DNA of 64,000 nucleotides from Octopus vulgaris. Taxonomy: Eukaryota. The position numbers were made by a program, and so were the translations under genes. The stretch spans positions 112,406,001 to 112,470,000 of the forward strand of contig OX597817.1 in NCBI GenBank assembly GCA_951406725.2, in the 5' to 3' direction. This document shows positions 63,661 through 64,000 of this stretch, piece after piece (the first letter of the stretch is position 1; every line of letters begins with the position of its first letter). The notes beneath the pieces were generated by a model. That model did not search any database. It was not told the origin of the DNA and saw nothing but the letters and a program-made list of their open reading frames with translations.

Positions 63661-64000
63661 AATGTCAACTTTGCCTTTCATCTTTTCGGGGTCGATAAAT
63701 CAAGTACCAGTTGAGTACTGGAGTCGATGTTATCGACTGTCCCCTCCCCTTGTGCCTAGAGTAGAAAGGATTATCATCATCATCATCATTATAAAGGTGG
63801 TGTAGCGTGGCAGTTCAGCAAGGGTGAAAAATGACTATAGCGATTGCTAATATCTTCACTGTGTGAAAGGCGAGGCAGGAATGATCTCGTTTGAGGTTAC
63901 AACCATCTTTGGTCAACCTGTTCTTGTGCTAAACACTAATTTGATTGGCTGACAGGACACGAGTGGTCTCTACGTGTTTCGCGCCACTGGGTAACATGTG

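Overview
AT-rich, microsatellite-dense animal genomic DNA with no prokaryotic features. The SINE families and (TA)/(CA)/(TATG) repeats strongly resemble an octopus-type coleoid cephalopod, though this is an inference. Host genes are the last two coding exons of a polycystin-1-like (PKD1L-type) channel gene (+, 602-773 and 1917-3406), a divergent single-exon profilin-fold ORF (-, 33437-33853) and a possible orphan terminal exon (-, 57990-58337). Most of the rest is nested transposons: a near-intact Penelope-like element (PLE; RT + GIY-YIG) with two related fragments, a decayed Naiad-like PLE, a near-full L1/Tx1 LINE, RTE, R4/Dong and CR1/Jockey-like relics, Tc1/mariner and hAT MITEs, an LTR family with a tRNA-Trp PBS, and many tRNA-derived SINEs. 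The most notable signal is four minimal hammerhead-ribozyme motifs at the ends of three diverged copies of one PLE lineage. All four carry the compensatory U3-A8 core (TTGATAA instead of CTGATGA) with covarying stem II. Other points of interest are fold-back hammerheads with long AT-rich stem II loops, SINE concatemers with a recurrent self-complementary junction, a long-TIR MITE carrying (TTAGGG)n, and a SINE sharing its 3' tail with an RTE LINE in the same window. Coordinates were counted by hand and family names come from motif recognition, not database searches. Most short ORFs in the supplied track are microsatellite artefacts.
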